DNA from: a virus
IMG/VR virus record: IMGVR_UViG_3300048014_000057
Coordinates: 80,860 to 144,859 of that record
Reading direction: 5' to 3' (one strand)
Length of the DNA: 64,000 nucleotides
Under the pieces are notes generated by a model. It ran no database searches, had not been told where the DNA came from, and was given only the letters and a program-made list of their open reading frames with translations. Below, piece by piece: positions 28,266-37,485 of this stretch. How positions within the stretch are numbered: the first letter of the stretch is position 1; every line of letters begins with the position of its first letter. The position numbers were made by a program, and so were the translations under genes.

Positions 28266-28927
28266 AAATTACCAAAGAATTTATTACAATTTTAAAGAAT
28301 TTTTCTTCTATAAATCAAAATATGTTATTTGTTCCTGGAAATAAACAAAGTATTATTTCGACTACAGGATCAATATTTTCACGAGCCAATACAGATGTTG
28401 AAATAGAAAAAGAATTTGCTATTTTTTCTCTATCAAAATTTATTAATGTTCTTTCATTATTTGAAGAACCTAATATTGAAATTAATGAAAAAACTCTTAC
28501 AATTAGTTCTGTAAATGGTGAAAAAAAATGTAAATATCAATTAACTAATCCTGAATTTATTAAGTATGAAAAAGAACCTGACAAATATAATAAAATGCAG
28601 AAAGATTTTGAGGGTATTCAATTAAGATATTCTGATCTTTCTGATATAATAAAAATGGCGGATATTCTTGGTTCTGAATTTATAATATTTGAAGGTAAGA
28701 ATAATGCAAATTTTCTTTCTATCATGAATTCTAATGATAATGGTGATACCGCCGAAGTATGGATTGATATTCAGGGTGGAGAATTCAAGGCCGTTCTTCC
28801 TAGAAATATGTTAAATCTTATTAAGCAAGATTATGAGATTAATATTTCTAAAAAAGGAGCTATACAATTTCATTCGAATATGATAGATTATTTTATGGCT
28901 CTTGATAAAGGAAAATCAGTTTTATGA
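28262..28927 (+). CDS. gp45: Sliding clamp (T4 gp45-like)
   Basis: MKIT...ILKNFSSINQ...EFAIFSLSKFINVLSLF; order gp45-44-62-regA; ATGA overlap start at 28262. Confidence 0.88.
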   Translation: MKITKEFITILKNFSSINQNMLFVPGNKQSIISTTGSIFSRANTDVEIEKEFAIFSLSKFINVLSLFEEPNIEINEKTLTISSVNGEKKCKYQLTNPEFIKYEKEPDKYNKMQKDFEGIQLRYSDLSDIIKMADILGSEFIIFEGKNNANFLSIMNSNDNGDTAEVWIDIQGGEFKAVLPRNMLNLIKQDYEINISKKGAIQFHSNMIDYFMALDKGKSVL

Positions 28928-28992
28928 TACCTTTTTTTGTTGCTGTTTTTGTAATAATTATAATATTTTATATTTTGATAATTGAAGGTTAA
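28924..28992 (+). CDS. 22-aa hydrophobic micro-protein
   Basis: MIPFFVAVFVIIIIFYILIIEG*; ATG overlaps the gp45 stop and the ORF fills the gap to gp44. Confidence 0.4.
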   Translation: MIPFFVAVFVIIIIFYILIIEG

Positions 28993-28995
28993 AAA

Positions 28996-29946
28996 ATGAC
29001 CAAAGAATATTGGAATTGGACAGAAAAATATCGTCCAAAAAAAGTTAATGATTGTATTTTAAAGAATAATATTAGAGAATTATTTTTAGGATTTCTAAAA
29101 GAAAAAAATGTTCCTAATTTAATTCTTTCTGGTTCTTCTGGTGTTGGTAAAACTTCTGTTGCTATTGCTTTATTAGAAGAATTAGATTGTGATTTTATCA
29201 AGATAAATGCCTCCTTAGAAAGAGGTATTGACGTAGTTAGAAACAAGATCATGGATTTTGCTTCCTCTATGTCTCTTAGGGAAGGAAGAAAATATATAAT
29301 TCTTGATGAAGCCGATGGGATGAATGATTTTGCTCAAGAATCTCTTAGAGCTTTAATAGAAGAATTTTCATTTAATGCAGGATTTATTATTACCTGTAAC
29401 AATAAAGATAAAATTATTTCTGCTTTACATTCTAGATTTTCTCTTATTGATTTTAATATCAAAAAAGATGATATACGTTTATTAGGTACAGATTTTTTAA
29501 ATACTGTTGAATATATATTAAATACAGAAAATATTAAATATGACAAAAAAATTGTAGGAAAATATATTTTAAAATATTTTCCAGATTTTAGAAAAATTAT
29601 CAATGAATTACAACTTTATTCTATACAAAATAAAGAAATTAATTCTGGTATTTTAGCAATTAAAACTACCAAGGATTATTCTGATTTAATAGGATTTATT
29701 AAGTCGAAAAATTGGAATGGGATGAGAAAGTATGTAGGTGAAAATTCTGATTTAGTTTCTGATTTTAATGAATTTGGTAGAAAATTTTATTCTGAAATTA
29801 AAGATTTTATAGAAGAAAATTCTAGACCTTCTTATATATTAATGTATAATGAGTATGATTATAAGATGCATTTTGTTATGGATAAAGAAATAAATGTTGT
29901 CGCTTTTCTTACAGAAATTATGTCTTCTGTTACTTGGAAATTATAA
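28996..29946 (+). CDS. gp44: Clamp loader large subunit (T4 gp44-like)
   Basis: WTEKYRP, GSSGVGKT, INAS, ILDEAD, SRF, PDFR. Confidence 0.95.
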   Translation: MTKEYWNWTEKYRPKKVNDCILKNNIRELFLGFLKEKNVPNLILSGSSGVGKTSVAIALLEELDCDFIKINASLERGIDVVRNKIMDFASSMSLREGRKYIILDEADGMNDFAQESLRALIEEFSFNAGFIITCNNKDKIISALHSRFSLIDFNIKKDDIRLLGTDFLNTVEYILNTENIKYDKKIVGKYILKYFPDFRKIINELQLYSIQNKEINSGILAIKTTKDYSDLIGFIKSKNWNGMRKYVGENSDLVSDFNEFGRKFYSEIKDFIEENSRPSYILMYNEYDYKMHFVMDKEINVVAFLTEIMSSVTWKL

Positions 29947-29947
29947 A

Positions 29948-30310
29948 ATGGTAGAATCTCCTTTTAAAATCCTAAATGAGATATCAGAACATAAAGAAAT
30001 TTCTAATATCTCAAACTATAATTCTTTTTTAGGAAGAAGATTTTTTTCTAATTTTGTAGAAACGATATTTTATGCAAATGAGGCAAATAAATTTAATATT
30101 GCTTCTGAAATGGAAATTGATTTTTTTAAAAATTCTATAAAACCCAAAAAAAGATTTTCCAAATGGTATAAATCAGAAAAAAGTAAAAATATAGAATTAA
30201 TTATATCTTATTATGATTGTTCTTATAACAAAGCGAAAGAAATACAAAAAATTATAACCAAAGAACAAATAAAAATTATTATTGAATATAATAAAGAAAA
30301 AGGAGAATAA
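29948..30310 (+). CDS. gp62: Clamp loader small subunit (T4 gp62-like)
   Basis: SPF...YNSF...ANE.N...KKRFSKW.K...YY..S..KA; gene order. Confidence 0.85.
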   Translation: MVESPFKILNEISEHKEISNISNYNSFLGRRFFSNFVETIFYANEANKFNIASEMEIDFFKNSIKPKKRFSKWYKSEKSKNIELIISYYDCSYNKAKEIQKIITKEQIKIIIEYNKEKGE

Positions 30311-30313
30311 AAT

Positions 30314-30703
30314 ATGTCATCTATTTACGATTTATTAATTGAAGTAGAAATTTTTAATCCAGAAAATTTCTTAAAAATTAAAGAAACATTATCTCGTATT
30401 GGTATTGCTTCTAAATCTACAAAAACTTTGTATCAAACATGCCATATCTTTCATCGTCGTAATAGATATTATATTGTACATTTTTTAGAAATGTTTCTTA
30501 TTGATGGAAAGGGTAGGCATTTTTCAGAAGAAGATAAAGCACGTAGAAATCAAATTGCACTTCTTTTAGAAGATTGGGGTTTATTAAAAATATTAAATCC
30601 AGAAATTTTATCTGATTCCTCTGGTATGAAAAATATTTGTATTATTCCTTTCAAAGAAAAACAAGAATGGAAATTAGTACAAAAATATAATATTGGAAAA
30701 TGA
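30314..30703 (+). CDS. regA: Translational repressor RegA
   Basis: FLKIKETLSRIGIAS...LYQTCHIFH...YYIVHF.E.F..DG...RRN.IA.LL.DWGL. Confidence 0.95.
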   Translation: MSSIYDLLIEVEIFNPENFLKIKETLSRIGIASKSTKTLYQTCHIFHRRNRYYIVHFLEMFLIDGKGRHFSEEDKARRNQIALLLEDWGLLKILNPEILSDSSGMKNICIIPFKEKQEWKLVQKYNIGK

Positions 30704-31331
30704 AATGTTTAATATAATAACAGGACCAGTCTATTTAGTAGAAAATCTTCATTATTTAAATTGGTTTGAATATATAGGATTTTTTATTTTATTATTATTT
30801 AGTTTTTTATTATGTGCATCTGAAAGCGGATTAATATTTTTACCAACTTTATTTTTATTAATTTATGGATTTTATTTTTGTTTTGAAAAATTTGGTTTAA
30901 TTTATTTTGATTGGGTATATACTATAATTTTGTTATTAGAATATTTTATTGTGGGATTTTTATATTCTACAATAAAATGGACAATTTTTTGTGCAAAGAA
31001 ATCTTCTATTATAAAATCTGAGATGGATAACTTATTAAAAAGATATAATTCTGGTGGTTGGAAGTCTACTTTTAAAGAAGAATTAATAAGAGAAGATTAT
31101 ATTCCTCTTATTAGAAATTATAAATATAAAATTTTTTACTGGACTTTTTGGTGGCCTTTTGATATTGTAGTGTATATTACACAAGATTTATTTCTTAATA
31201 TTTTTGATATTATATATAAAATTTCTGGATCATTTTTTACATTTATACAAGAAAAAGTATTTGATCTTAATGGAATTGATAAAAAAATATTAAATTATGA
31301 TAAGACGGTAAAATTTAATAAGGAAGATTAA
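30693..31331 (+). CDS. Membrane protein, hypothetical
   Basis: Several hydrophobic segments; W..WWPF motif. Confidence 0.65.
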   Translation: MENEMFNIITGPVYLVENLHYLNWFEYIGFFILLLFSFLLCASESGLIFLPTLFLLIYGFYFCFEKFGLIYFDWVYTIILLLEYFIVGFLYSTIKWTIFCAKKSSIIKSEMDNLLKRYNSGGWKSTFKEELIREDYIPLIRNYKYKIFYWTFWWPFDIVVYITQDLFLNIFDIIYKISGSFFTFIQEKVFDLNGIDKKILNYDKTVKFNKED

Positions 31332-31332
31332 T

Positions 31333-32208
31333 ATGCAAGTTCAATGGATTATTGATACTTTACTTCTCGAAAAACATGATGAAGGTTTTGGATTTCCTCG
31401 TATTGAAGAAGCTGTAGAAAAATGTGGACATAAAGCAATTATTACTAAATATATTCCATTTTCTGATAAACCATTAAAAACTCCTTTTAATCCATATGAA
31501 CCTACAATTTTATATGGATCATGTCAATTTGTGTCTCAATGGGAAAGACTTGGTTTACTAAAAACTGTAATTCCAGGAGCATATTTTAATAAAGAAAAAT
31601 TAAAATATTCAAATTATTCATCTATTTTTGGTAGATTAATGTTGAATGATGATTATTATATGCTTCCCTATGGTGAAATTAAAAGAAGAATGAATGAAGA
31701 TTTAGAAGAAGGATTATTGCCTCCTAATTTTAAAAATAAAAAATTATTTCTAAGACCAGATGTTGTTATAAAATCTTTTGCTGGTAGAGTATTTGAATTT
31801 GATACAATGGAAGATGATGTAAATCAATTATCTCAATATGAAAAAATTTCTGATTTTGAATTATGTGTTATATCTTCACCTAAAAAAATAATTGGAGAAT
31901 ATCGTCACGTAGTTTGTAATAATGAAATAGTAGGACAATCTCAATATCAACGTGATGGTAAATTAGATATTCAAATTGATGTAGAACCAGAATGTCAAAA
32001 ATTGGTTAAATATATTATTAATAATTATGAACAACCTGATAATGTGTATGTTGTGGATACAGCCTTAACAGAAGATGGATCTAGGATTGTAGAATTTAAT
32101 TCCTTTTCATGTTCTGGATTGTATGCTATGGATACAATGTCTATTGTCAGGAATGTTTCACAAGCTGCAATAGATGAATATAATTATCTTAAAAAGGATG
32201 TAATATAG
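31333..32208 (+). CDS. ATP-grasp domain protein (R2K/DUF4343-like)
   Basis: LFLRP...KSFAGRV, EYR..V...IV..SQY, YVVD.......IVEFN...SGLY. Confidence 0.8.
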   Translation: MQVQWIIDTLLLEKHDEGFGFPRIEEAVEKCGHKAIITKYIPFSDKPLKTPFNPYEPTILYGSCQFVSQWERLGLLKTVIPGAYFNKEKLKYSNYSSIFGRLMLNDDYYMLPYGEIKRRMNEDLEEGLLPPNFKNKKLFLRPDVVIKSFAGRVFEFDTMEDDVNQLSQYEKISDFELCVISSPKKIIGEYRHVVCNNEIVGQSQYQRDGKLDIQIDVEPECQKLVKYIINNYEQPDNVYVVDTALTEDGSRIVEFNSFSCSGLYAMDTMSIVRNVSQAAIDEYNYLKKDVI

Positions 32209-32402
32209 TGGATTTATATATAATAATTTTTGGTTCTTTATATATTATAGGATTTCCTGTTTGTGTAGGATTTTGGGTGAATAGAAGTTCTAGTATTCTT
32301 TATAAGGAAGAATCTGCTGTAATTTTTGGTTTAATTTGGCCTATTGCGCTTTCTTTTTATTTTCTATATAAACTAGGAAAAACCATAAAGGTATCAAAAT
32401 GA
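32208..32402 (+). CDS. Small two-TM membrane protein
   Basis: Hydrophobic; IWP motif; GTG start after AAGGA. Confidence 0.55.
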   Translation: MDLYIIIFGSLYIIGFPVCVGFWVNRSSSILYKEESAVIFGLIWPIALSFYFLYKLGKTIKVSK

Positions 32403-32587
32403 AACCTGATACTTTTAATCACGAATGCACCAATTCTGAAATTTGTATCGGAAATTCTTCTGAAGAACCTTATAAACTTTTTTTATTACCATTAATAAAA
32501 GAATTAGATAAAAATATGTGGGAAAATATAGAAGAAAATCCAAAAGAGTATGAAATAGAAGAAGATAAATATGAAGGAGATCGATAA
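32399..32587 (+). CDS. Hypothetical acidic protein
   Basis: ORF track; ATGA overlap. Confidence 0.5.
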   Translation: MKPDTFNHECTNSEICIGNSSEEPYKLFLLPLIKELDKNMWENIEENPKEYEIEEDKYEGDR

Positions 32588-33016
32588 ATGAAAAGATATT
32601 CCTGTGGGCTGATTTTTAATCAGAATAATTCTGAAATTTTACTTATTAGAAAAAATCGTCCTGCCAATCAAATTGGGATGTTTAATGGTATTGGCGGAAA
32701 GACAGAAGAAGGTGAAACTATTTTATATAGTATAATTAGAGAATCCCATGAAGAAACTACTATAAAAGATGAAGCATGGATTTCTATTTGTGACTTAAAA
32801 GGAAAAGATTTCTATATTGGATTTTATGCAATTTATGATCAAGATTTTTCATTAATTCAACCATTAACTGATGAATATCTTTATCCAATGAAGGTAAAAG
32901 ATATTTTTGATCAAAACTATTATTTTTATAATTATATAATGCCTAATCTTAGAGTGGTTATTTCATTAGCTCTAGATAATTCCGGTATTATTCTTCCAAT
33001 TCTTTTGGAGGAATAA
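32588..33016 (+). CDS. NUDIX hydrolase
   Basis: GIGGKTEEGETILYSIIRESHEET Nudix box. Confidence 0.85.
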   Translation: MKRYSCGLIFNQNNSEILLIRKNRPANQIGMFNGIGGKTEEGETILYSIIRESHEETTIKDEAWISICDLKGKDFYIGFYAIYDQDFSLIQPLTDEYLYPMKVKDIFDQNYYFYNYIMPNLRVVISLALDNSGIILPILLEE

Positions 33017-33017
33017 A

Positions 33018-33293
33018 ATGTCATATAATCCGTTACCTGATTATAGAAGTGTTGTAGAAAAATGGGGTTCATGTCATATAGAAATTTATGATGATTTATT
33101 AAGAAATATATTAACTTGGGAAGATTTGTTAGTAGAAAATTGTTCATGGACAGGAGAAATTAATTGTAATAATAAAATATATTATTGTGAAATTAAATCA
33201 CCTAAATTATCACCAGGATATCACGGAGTAATGAATATTGTTATTGATTGGGAAGAATTATATTATTATTTAAAAAAAAATTTAGACACATAA
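33018..33293 (+). CDS. Hypothetical protein
   Basis: GGAGG RBS; ORF track. Confidence 0.65.
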   Translation: MSYNPLPDYRSVVEKWGSCHIEIYDDLLRNILTWEDLLVENCSWTGEINCNNKIYYCEIKSPKLSPGYHGVMNIVIDWEELYYYLKKNLDT

Positions 33294-33308
33294 AAAAGGA
33301 AATAAAAA

Positions 33309-33398
33309 TTGCACGCTAGAAAAAATAGACCAAGAACCGGAAGAAGAAAAATTGGATCAAAGAAAAGACGAGCTAAAAGATTAAATAAAAAGAGATAA
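33309..33398 (+). CDS. 29-aa highly basic peptide
   Basis: AAGGA RBS then TTG: MHARKNRPRTGRRKIGSKKRRAKRLNKKR*; fills the intergenic gap. Confidence 0.6.
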   Translation: MHARKNRPRTGRRKIGSKKRRAKRLNKKR

Positions 33399-33408
33399 GG
33401 ATTATTTA

Positions 33409-34410
33409 ATGAACATAATAATGAAGACCACATTTGGGTCGCATTTATATGGTACGAATACAGAAACTTCAGATAAAGATTATAAATCTATATATATTCC
33501 AGATGCAAATGATATTTTATTACAAAGAATAAAAGAATCGATCTCTCAAAAAAGAGAAAAAAACGCATTTGAAAAAAATAATTCCAATGATATTGATGAA
33601 GAAATTTATTCTCTTGATAAATTTTTAAAATTAGTGTCGGAAGGTCAAACTGTTTCTTTGGATATGTTATTTACAAATAATAAATTTATTTTAGAAAAAA
33701 ATTATATATGGAATAGAATTGTTAGTAATCGTCATAGATTACTTACCAAGAATTGTAAAGCTGCTATTGGTTATTGTCGTCAACAAGCCAATAAATATGG
33801 AATTAAAGGTTCAAGAGTAGCTGCTGTAAGAGACACTTTAGATTTTTTAAATCATCTTGTTCAAATAATGGGTAATAATAAAAAACTTGGAAATTATGCA
33901 TCTAAAATTGATGTATTTGTTCAAGGAAAAGAATTTATTTCTATTGATGATATTACATTACCTAATAGTGATATAATAAGACATTTAACAGTATGTAATA
34001 GAAAATTACCCTATACATCTTCTGTAAGTAACGCATATTCAATAGTAAAAAATATTTTTAATGAATATGGAAAAAGAGCCTTACAAGCCGAAAAAAATGA
34101 AGGCATTGATTGGAAAGCTCTTTCACATGCTGTTAGAATTGCTTAACAAACCATTGAAATTTTTCAAACTGGCAATATAGAATTTCCACGTCGTAATTCA
34201 TCTTTTCTTAAAAATATTAAAGCTGGTGAATATTCATATGGATTTGTGTCAAGTCTAATTGATAATCTTTTAATTAGAGTTGAAGAAGAAAGTGTAAAAT
34301 CTTATTTACCAGATAATGTAGATAAAAAATGGATTGAAAATTTTCTTGTTGACATTTATGGAGATGTAGTGTACGATTATTATCGTGATAATTATTATGA
34401 TGGAGAATGA
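33409..34410 (+). pseudogene. Pol-beta-superfamily nucleotidyltransferase (RlaP-like) interrupted by an in-frame TAA at 34144-34146
   Basis: GSHLYGT...SDKD; DWKALSHAVRIA* then the same frame continues 87 codons (QTIEIFQTGNIEFPR...IKAG...LP) to a TGA overlapping the next ATG. Confidence 0.75.
34349..34377 (+). promoter_or_regulatory. Sigma70-type promoter (TTGACA-17-TACGAT)
   Basis: Near-consensus, 30 nt before ORF 34407; lies within coding sequence. Confidence 0.5.
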
Positions 34411-34661
34411 AAATGGGTTTCAAACAGGATGTCGAATTTTCCTTAATACACAAGTATATTTGGACACATTCTATATCTCAAATTATTTGGATAGGAATTA
34501 AAATCTTAATAATAAGAGGAATGCTTTTGTTGGTATTTCTTGGGATACTTTTTGGTTTAGTTAATTTGGGAGATATTTCACGTCATCAAAACCAAATTAA
34601 TCAAGAAAAATTTAATAAATGTATTTTAGAAAATCCTTCTAATACAAAAATATGTTATTAA
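34407..34661 (+). CDS. Small membrane protein, hypothetical
   Basis: One long hydrophobic segment. Confidence 0.55.
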   Translation: MKMGFKQDVEFSLIHKYIWTHSISQIIWIGIKILIIRGMLLLVFLGILFGLVNLGDISRHQNQINQEKFNKCILENPSNTKICY

Positions 34662-34668
34662 AAAAATA

Positions 34669-34715
34669 AAATTCTCCTTTTATAATAAATATATAAAATC
34701 ATAAAAGGAGAATTT
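34669..34715 (+). promoter_or_regulatory. 15-bp perfect hairpin sequestering the spanin RBS, with a late promoter motif in the loop
   Basis: AAATTCTCCTTTTAT / ATAAAAGGAGAATTT; loop contains AATAAATA. Confidence 0.75.
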
Positions 34716-34718
34716 AAA

Positions 34719-35075
34719 ATTATTACATTTCTTCTAAGTCCTTTGGGTAAAATTGTTGGATATGCATTAGGATTAATATCACTTGCTGGTGTTATTTTTG
34801 GATGGTATGAATTACAGATTTCAAATGCTAAAAAAGAAGCATTAATTTCTTTTAATCAAAAACAATTAGAACAAGTTGTTAAAGATCAAAAAACTTTATC
34901 TGATGAAATGCAAAATTTACAAATAAAAGAAAAAACAATAGAAGATGAAAATACAAAATTAAATAATACTATAAAAGATGTATCTTCTGCTGCTGAATTA
35001 GCTATTAAAAATTCCACAGATAAACAATTTGATCCTATCTTTAATCAAATTTTGAAATCATTAAAAGGAAAATAA
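34719..35075 (+). CDS. Inner-membrane spanin (Rz-like), probable ATT start
   Basis: N-terminal TM plus coiled coil, followed by a lipoprotein gene; AGGAG lies 8 nt before the in-frame ATT at 34719. Confidence 0.7.
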   Translation: MITFLLSPLGKIVGYALGLISLAGVIFGWYELQISNAKKEALISFNQKQLEQVVKDQKTLSDEMQNLQIKEKTIEDENTKLNNTIKDVSSAAELAIKNSTDKQFDPIFNQILKSLKGK

Positions 35076-35076
35076 T

Positions 35077-35349
35077 ATGAAAAAATTTATAATTGGAAGT
35101 ATTTTTTTATTTTTATCTGGTTGTGCTTCTGCTCCTGTTCCTGTTAATATTATAACGACTAAATATAAAGTTGTGATTCCTCCTGCATCTATGTTAAGGT
35201 GTGGTCAGGTTAAATTACCTGATATTTTTTTTGATAATAAAGGAGTTGCACAAAGTTATATTAAACTTTGGAAGCATAATCAATTTTGTAGCAATAACAT
35301 GAAAGCAATTAAAAATTATTTTAATGAGGCACAAAGCACTGTAAAATAG
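35077..35349 (+). CDS. Outer-membrane spanin lipoprotein (Rz1-like)
   Basis: Lipobox LSGC, Pro-rich PPASMLRC, further Cys residue. Confidence 0.75.
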   Translation: MKKFIIGSIFLFLSGCASAPVPVNIITTKYKVVIPPASMLRCGQVKLPDIFFDNKGVAQSYIKLWKHNQFCSNNMKAIKNYFNEAQSTVK

Positions 35350-35358
35350 GAAGTTAAT

Positions 35359-35565
35359 ATGAGTGATATAAATGATTTCGTCATTGTTTGTGATGAAACA
35401 AATAATAATAAAAAAAGTATAAAAAATAGAGAATTAAATATTTCTTTTTATATTCCTATAGATGAAGTAAAATATTATGCTTCTTTTGATTGTATTAATG
35501 ATAAAATAGAAAATATTAATATAAAACTCTATATAGAGTTGGTGAGTATTGGTATGAAGAAATAA
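35359..35565 (+). CDS. Hypothetical protein
   Basis: ORF track; AGGA RBS. Confidence 0.5.
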   Translation: MSDINDFVIVCDETNNNKKSIKNRELNISFYIPIDEVKYYASFDCINDKIENINIKLYIELVSIGMKK

Positions 35566-35579
35566 TATAAGGAAATTTT

Positions 35580-36206
35580 ATGAGTAAATTTTATGTTATA
35601 GAAGGTGGAGAAGGTGTCGGAAAATCCACACAAATTAACCTATTACAAGAATATTTTGAAAAAAATAACATTCCGTCTATAAAAACCAAAGAGCCTGGAG
35701 GTTCTTATATAGCAGAAAAGATTGGTCAGCTTATATTATCCCAAGCTGCCGATATTGATGAATTAACAACATTTTATCTTTTTCAGGCTTCACGAAGAGA
35801 ACATCTTATCAATACTATTATTCCTAATTTAAAACAAGGTAATATTGTAATTTGTGATAGATATTATGATTCTACAGATGTTTATCAAAATAAAATTCCT
35901 GTAGAGTTTCGTAATAGGTGTAAATTAGAAACATTAAAAGTTGACAATTATTATGATTCTTATTCAGTTCCTAATGTAGTTTTTCTACTTGATTTAGATG
36001 CCAAAAAAGCCTTAGAAAGAGTAAAAAATAGAGTAAAACTTAATAATTATTATGATAATGTTTCTCTTGAAATTTTTGAAGAAAGAAGAAGACTATATTT
36101 AGAAATTGCCAAAAAAAATCCTAGAATATATGTTATAAATGCTGATAGAGAAAAAAATGAAATTCATGAAGAAATAATTCAAATTATAAAGGATAAATTA
36201 AAATGA
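35580..36206 (+). CDS. tmk: Thymidylate (dNMP) kinase
   Basis: IEGGEGVGKSTQ, KEPGG, R.EH, CDRYYDS..VYQ. Confidence 0.92.
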   Translation: MSKFYVIEGGEGVGKSTQINLLQEYFEKNNIPSIKTKEPGGSYIAEKIGQLILSQAADIDELTTFYLFQASRREHLINTIIPNLKQGNIVICDRYYDSTDVYQNKIPVEFRNRCKLETLKVDNYYDSYSVPNVVFLLDLDAKKALERVKNRVKLNNYYDNVSLEIFEERRRLYLEIAKKNPRIYVINADREKNEIHEEIIQIIKDKLK

Positions 36207-37216
36207 AAACATATGTTGGAATTGTAAGAGATCATTCGGCTTCTATGCGTCCTTTACAAAAAGGAGCTATTAACGATTATAATCTTCTCATTGACGGAAT
36301 TAAAAATTCTGTACAAGGGTTTAATCAAGAAGCCTATGTTACAGTAGTAGAATGTGGAGTTGGTTATTTAGCCGATGTAAGAGTTAAAGAAAAAAATGTA
36401 AATATTAATAATATAAAACATTTAACAACATATGAAACAAATGGTTCTGGTACTCCATTATTTGATTCGGTAGGCACTATTGTTAAAGAATTAGAAAATA
36501 TTGGTGATAATAGTTCTGATTCTGCATATTTACTTATGGTAGTTACTGATGGACAAAATAATGTATATAAACAATTTGATGGTCCTTCTATTTCTAGAAT
36601 TATTAAAACTTTACAAGCAACAGATAAATGGACATTTGTATTTAGAGTACCCGAAGGATATGCATCTGAATTAATTAGACTTGGCATTCCTTCTGGAAAT
36701 ATTATGGAATGGGAACAGACTGATAAAGGTATTGTTGAGTCCAGTGTAATTAATCAACAAGCTACTCAATCTTATTTTACAGCAAGATCATTAGGTCAAA
36801 CATCTACTTCTAGATATTATACAGATTTAAGTAATGTAAAAATATCGGAAGTTAAACAGGTATTAGAAGATGTTACTGATAAAGTTCATATTTCATGGAT
36901 TCCATTTCATTATCATGGAAAAATGATTCGTGAATTTTGTGAAGAAACTTTTGGAGAATATAGAATTGGTTCTGCATATTATCAATTAACAAAACCAGAA
37001 AAATTGCAAGAAACTAAGAAAATTTGTATTAAACATCTTAAATCAGGAAAAACATATACTGGTTCCTACGCTCGTACAGTCTTAGGACTTCCTTCTTATG
37101 GTGAAGTTAAAATTGCACCTAAAGATCATGGTCAATATGAAATCTTTATTCAATCAACTTCTGTTAATAGAAAATTAATTGGTGATACGAGATTGTTATA
37201 TTACAAAACTTTATAA
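36203..37216 (+). CDS. von Willebrand factor A domain protein
   Basis: MIDAS DHSASM, TPLFD, VTDG; conserved C-terminal IFIQSTSVNRKL. Confidence 0.8.
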   Translation: MKTYVGIVRDHSASMRPLQKGAINDYNLLIDGIKNSVQGFNQEAYVTVVECGVGYLADVRVKEKNVNINNIKHLTTYETNGSGTPLFDSVGTIVKELENIGDNSSDSAYLLMVVTDGQNNVYKQFDGPSISRIIKTLQATDKWTFVFRVPEGYASELIRLGIPSGNIMEWEQTDKGIVESSVINQQATQSYFTARSLGQTSTSRYYTDLSNVKISEVKQVLEDVTDKVHISWIPFHYHGKMIREFCEETFGEYRIGSAYYQLTKPEKLQETKKICIKHLKSGKTYTGSYARTVLGLPSYGEVKIAPKDHGQYEIFIQSTSVNRKLIGDTRLLYYKTL

Positions 37217-37227
37217 GGAAATATAAA

Positions 37228-37485
37228 ATAAAAAATATAGTTGGAATTACTCAAGTTATTGAAGTTGAAATAGATGAAACAAAATTTACTTATGAATTTA
37301 TGAAAGAATTTATAGAATCATTCTATAAATTCAATTGTATTGAAGAACATATTGAATTTCTTGCACAATTATATGCAAGAGGAATAATTCATGATTTTTC
37401 TGATTTTATAGAAGGTTATGGAAATCCTAAAGATTTTGGTATTAAGTTTAGAGTTCTAGATATTTCATCTGAATTAAATGCCTAG
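37228..37485 (+). CDS. Hypothetical protein, probable ATA start
   Basis: Frame of track ORF 37300 extends upstream (IKNIVGITQVIEVEIDETKFT); AAGGA 8 nt before ATA. Confidence 0.6.
   Translation: MKNIVGITQVIEVEIDETKFTYEFMKEFIESFYKFNCIEEHIEFLAQLYARGIIHDFSDFIEGYGNPKDFGIKFRVLDISSELNA

Noticed and set aside
33409-34410. Genome-wide stop-codon reassignment
   Set aside because: TAA, TAG and TGA all terminate conserved genes at expected positions; only this gene is clearly interrupted.
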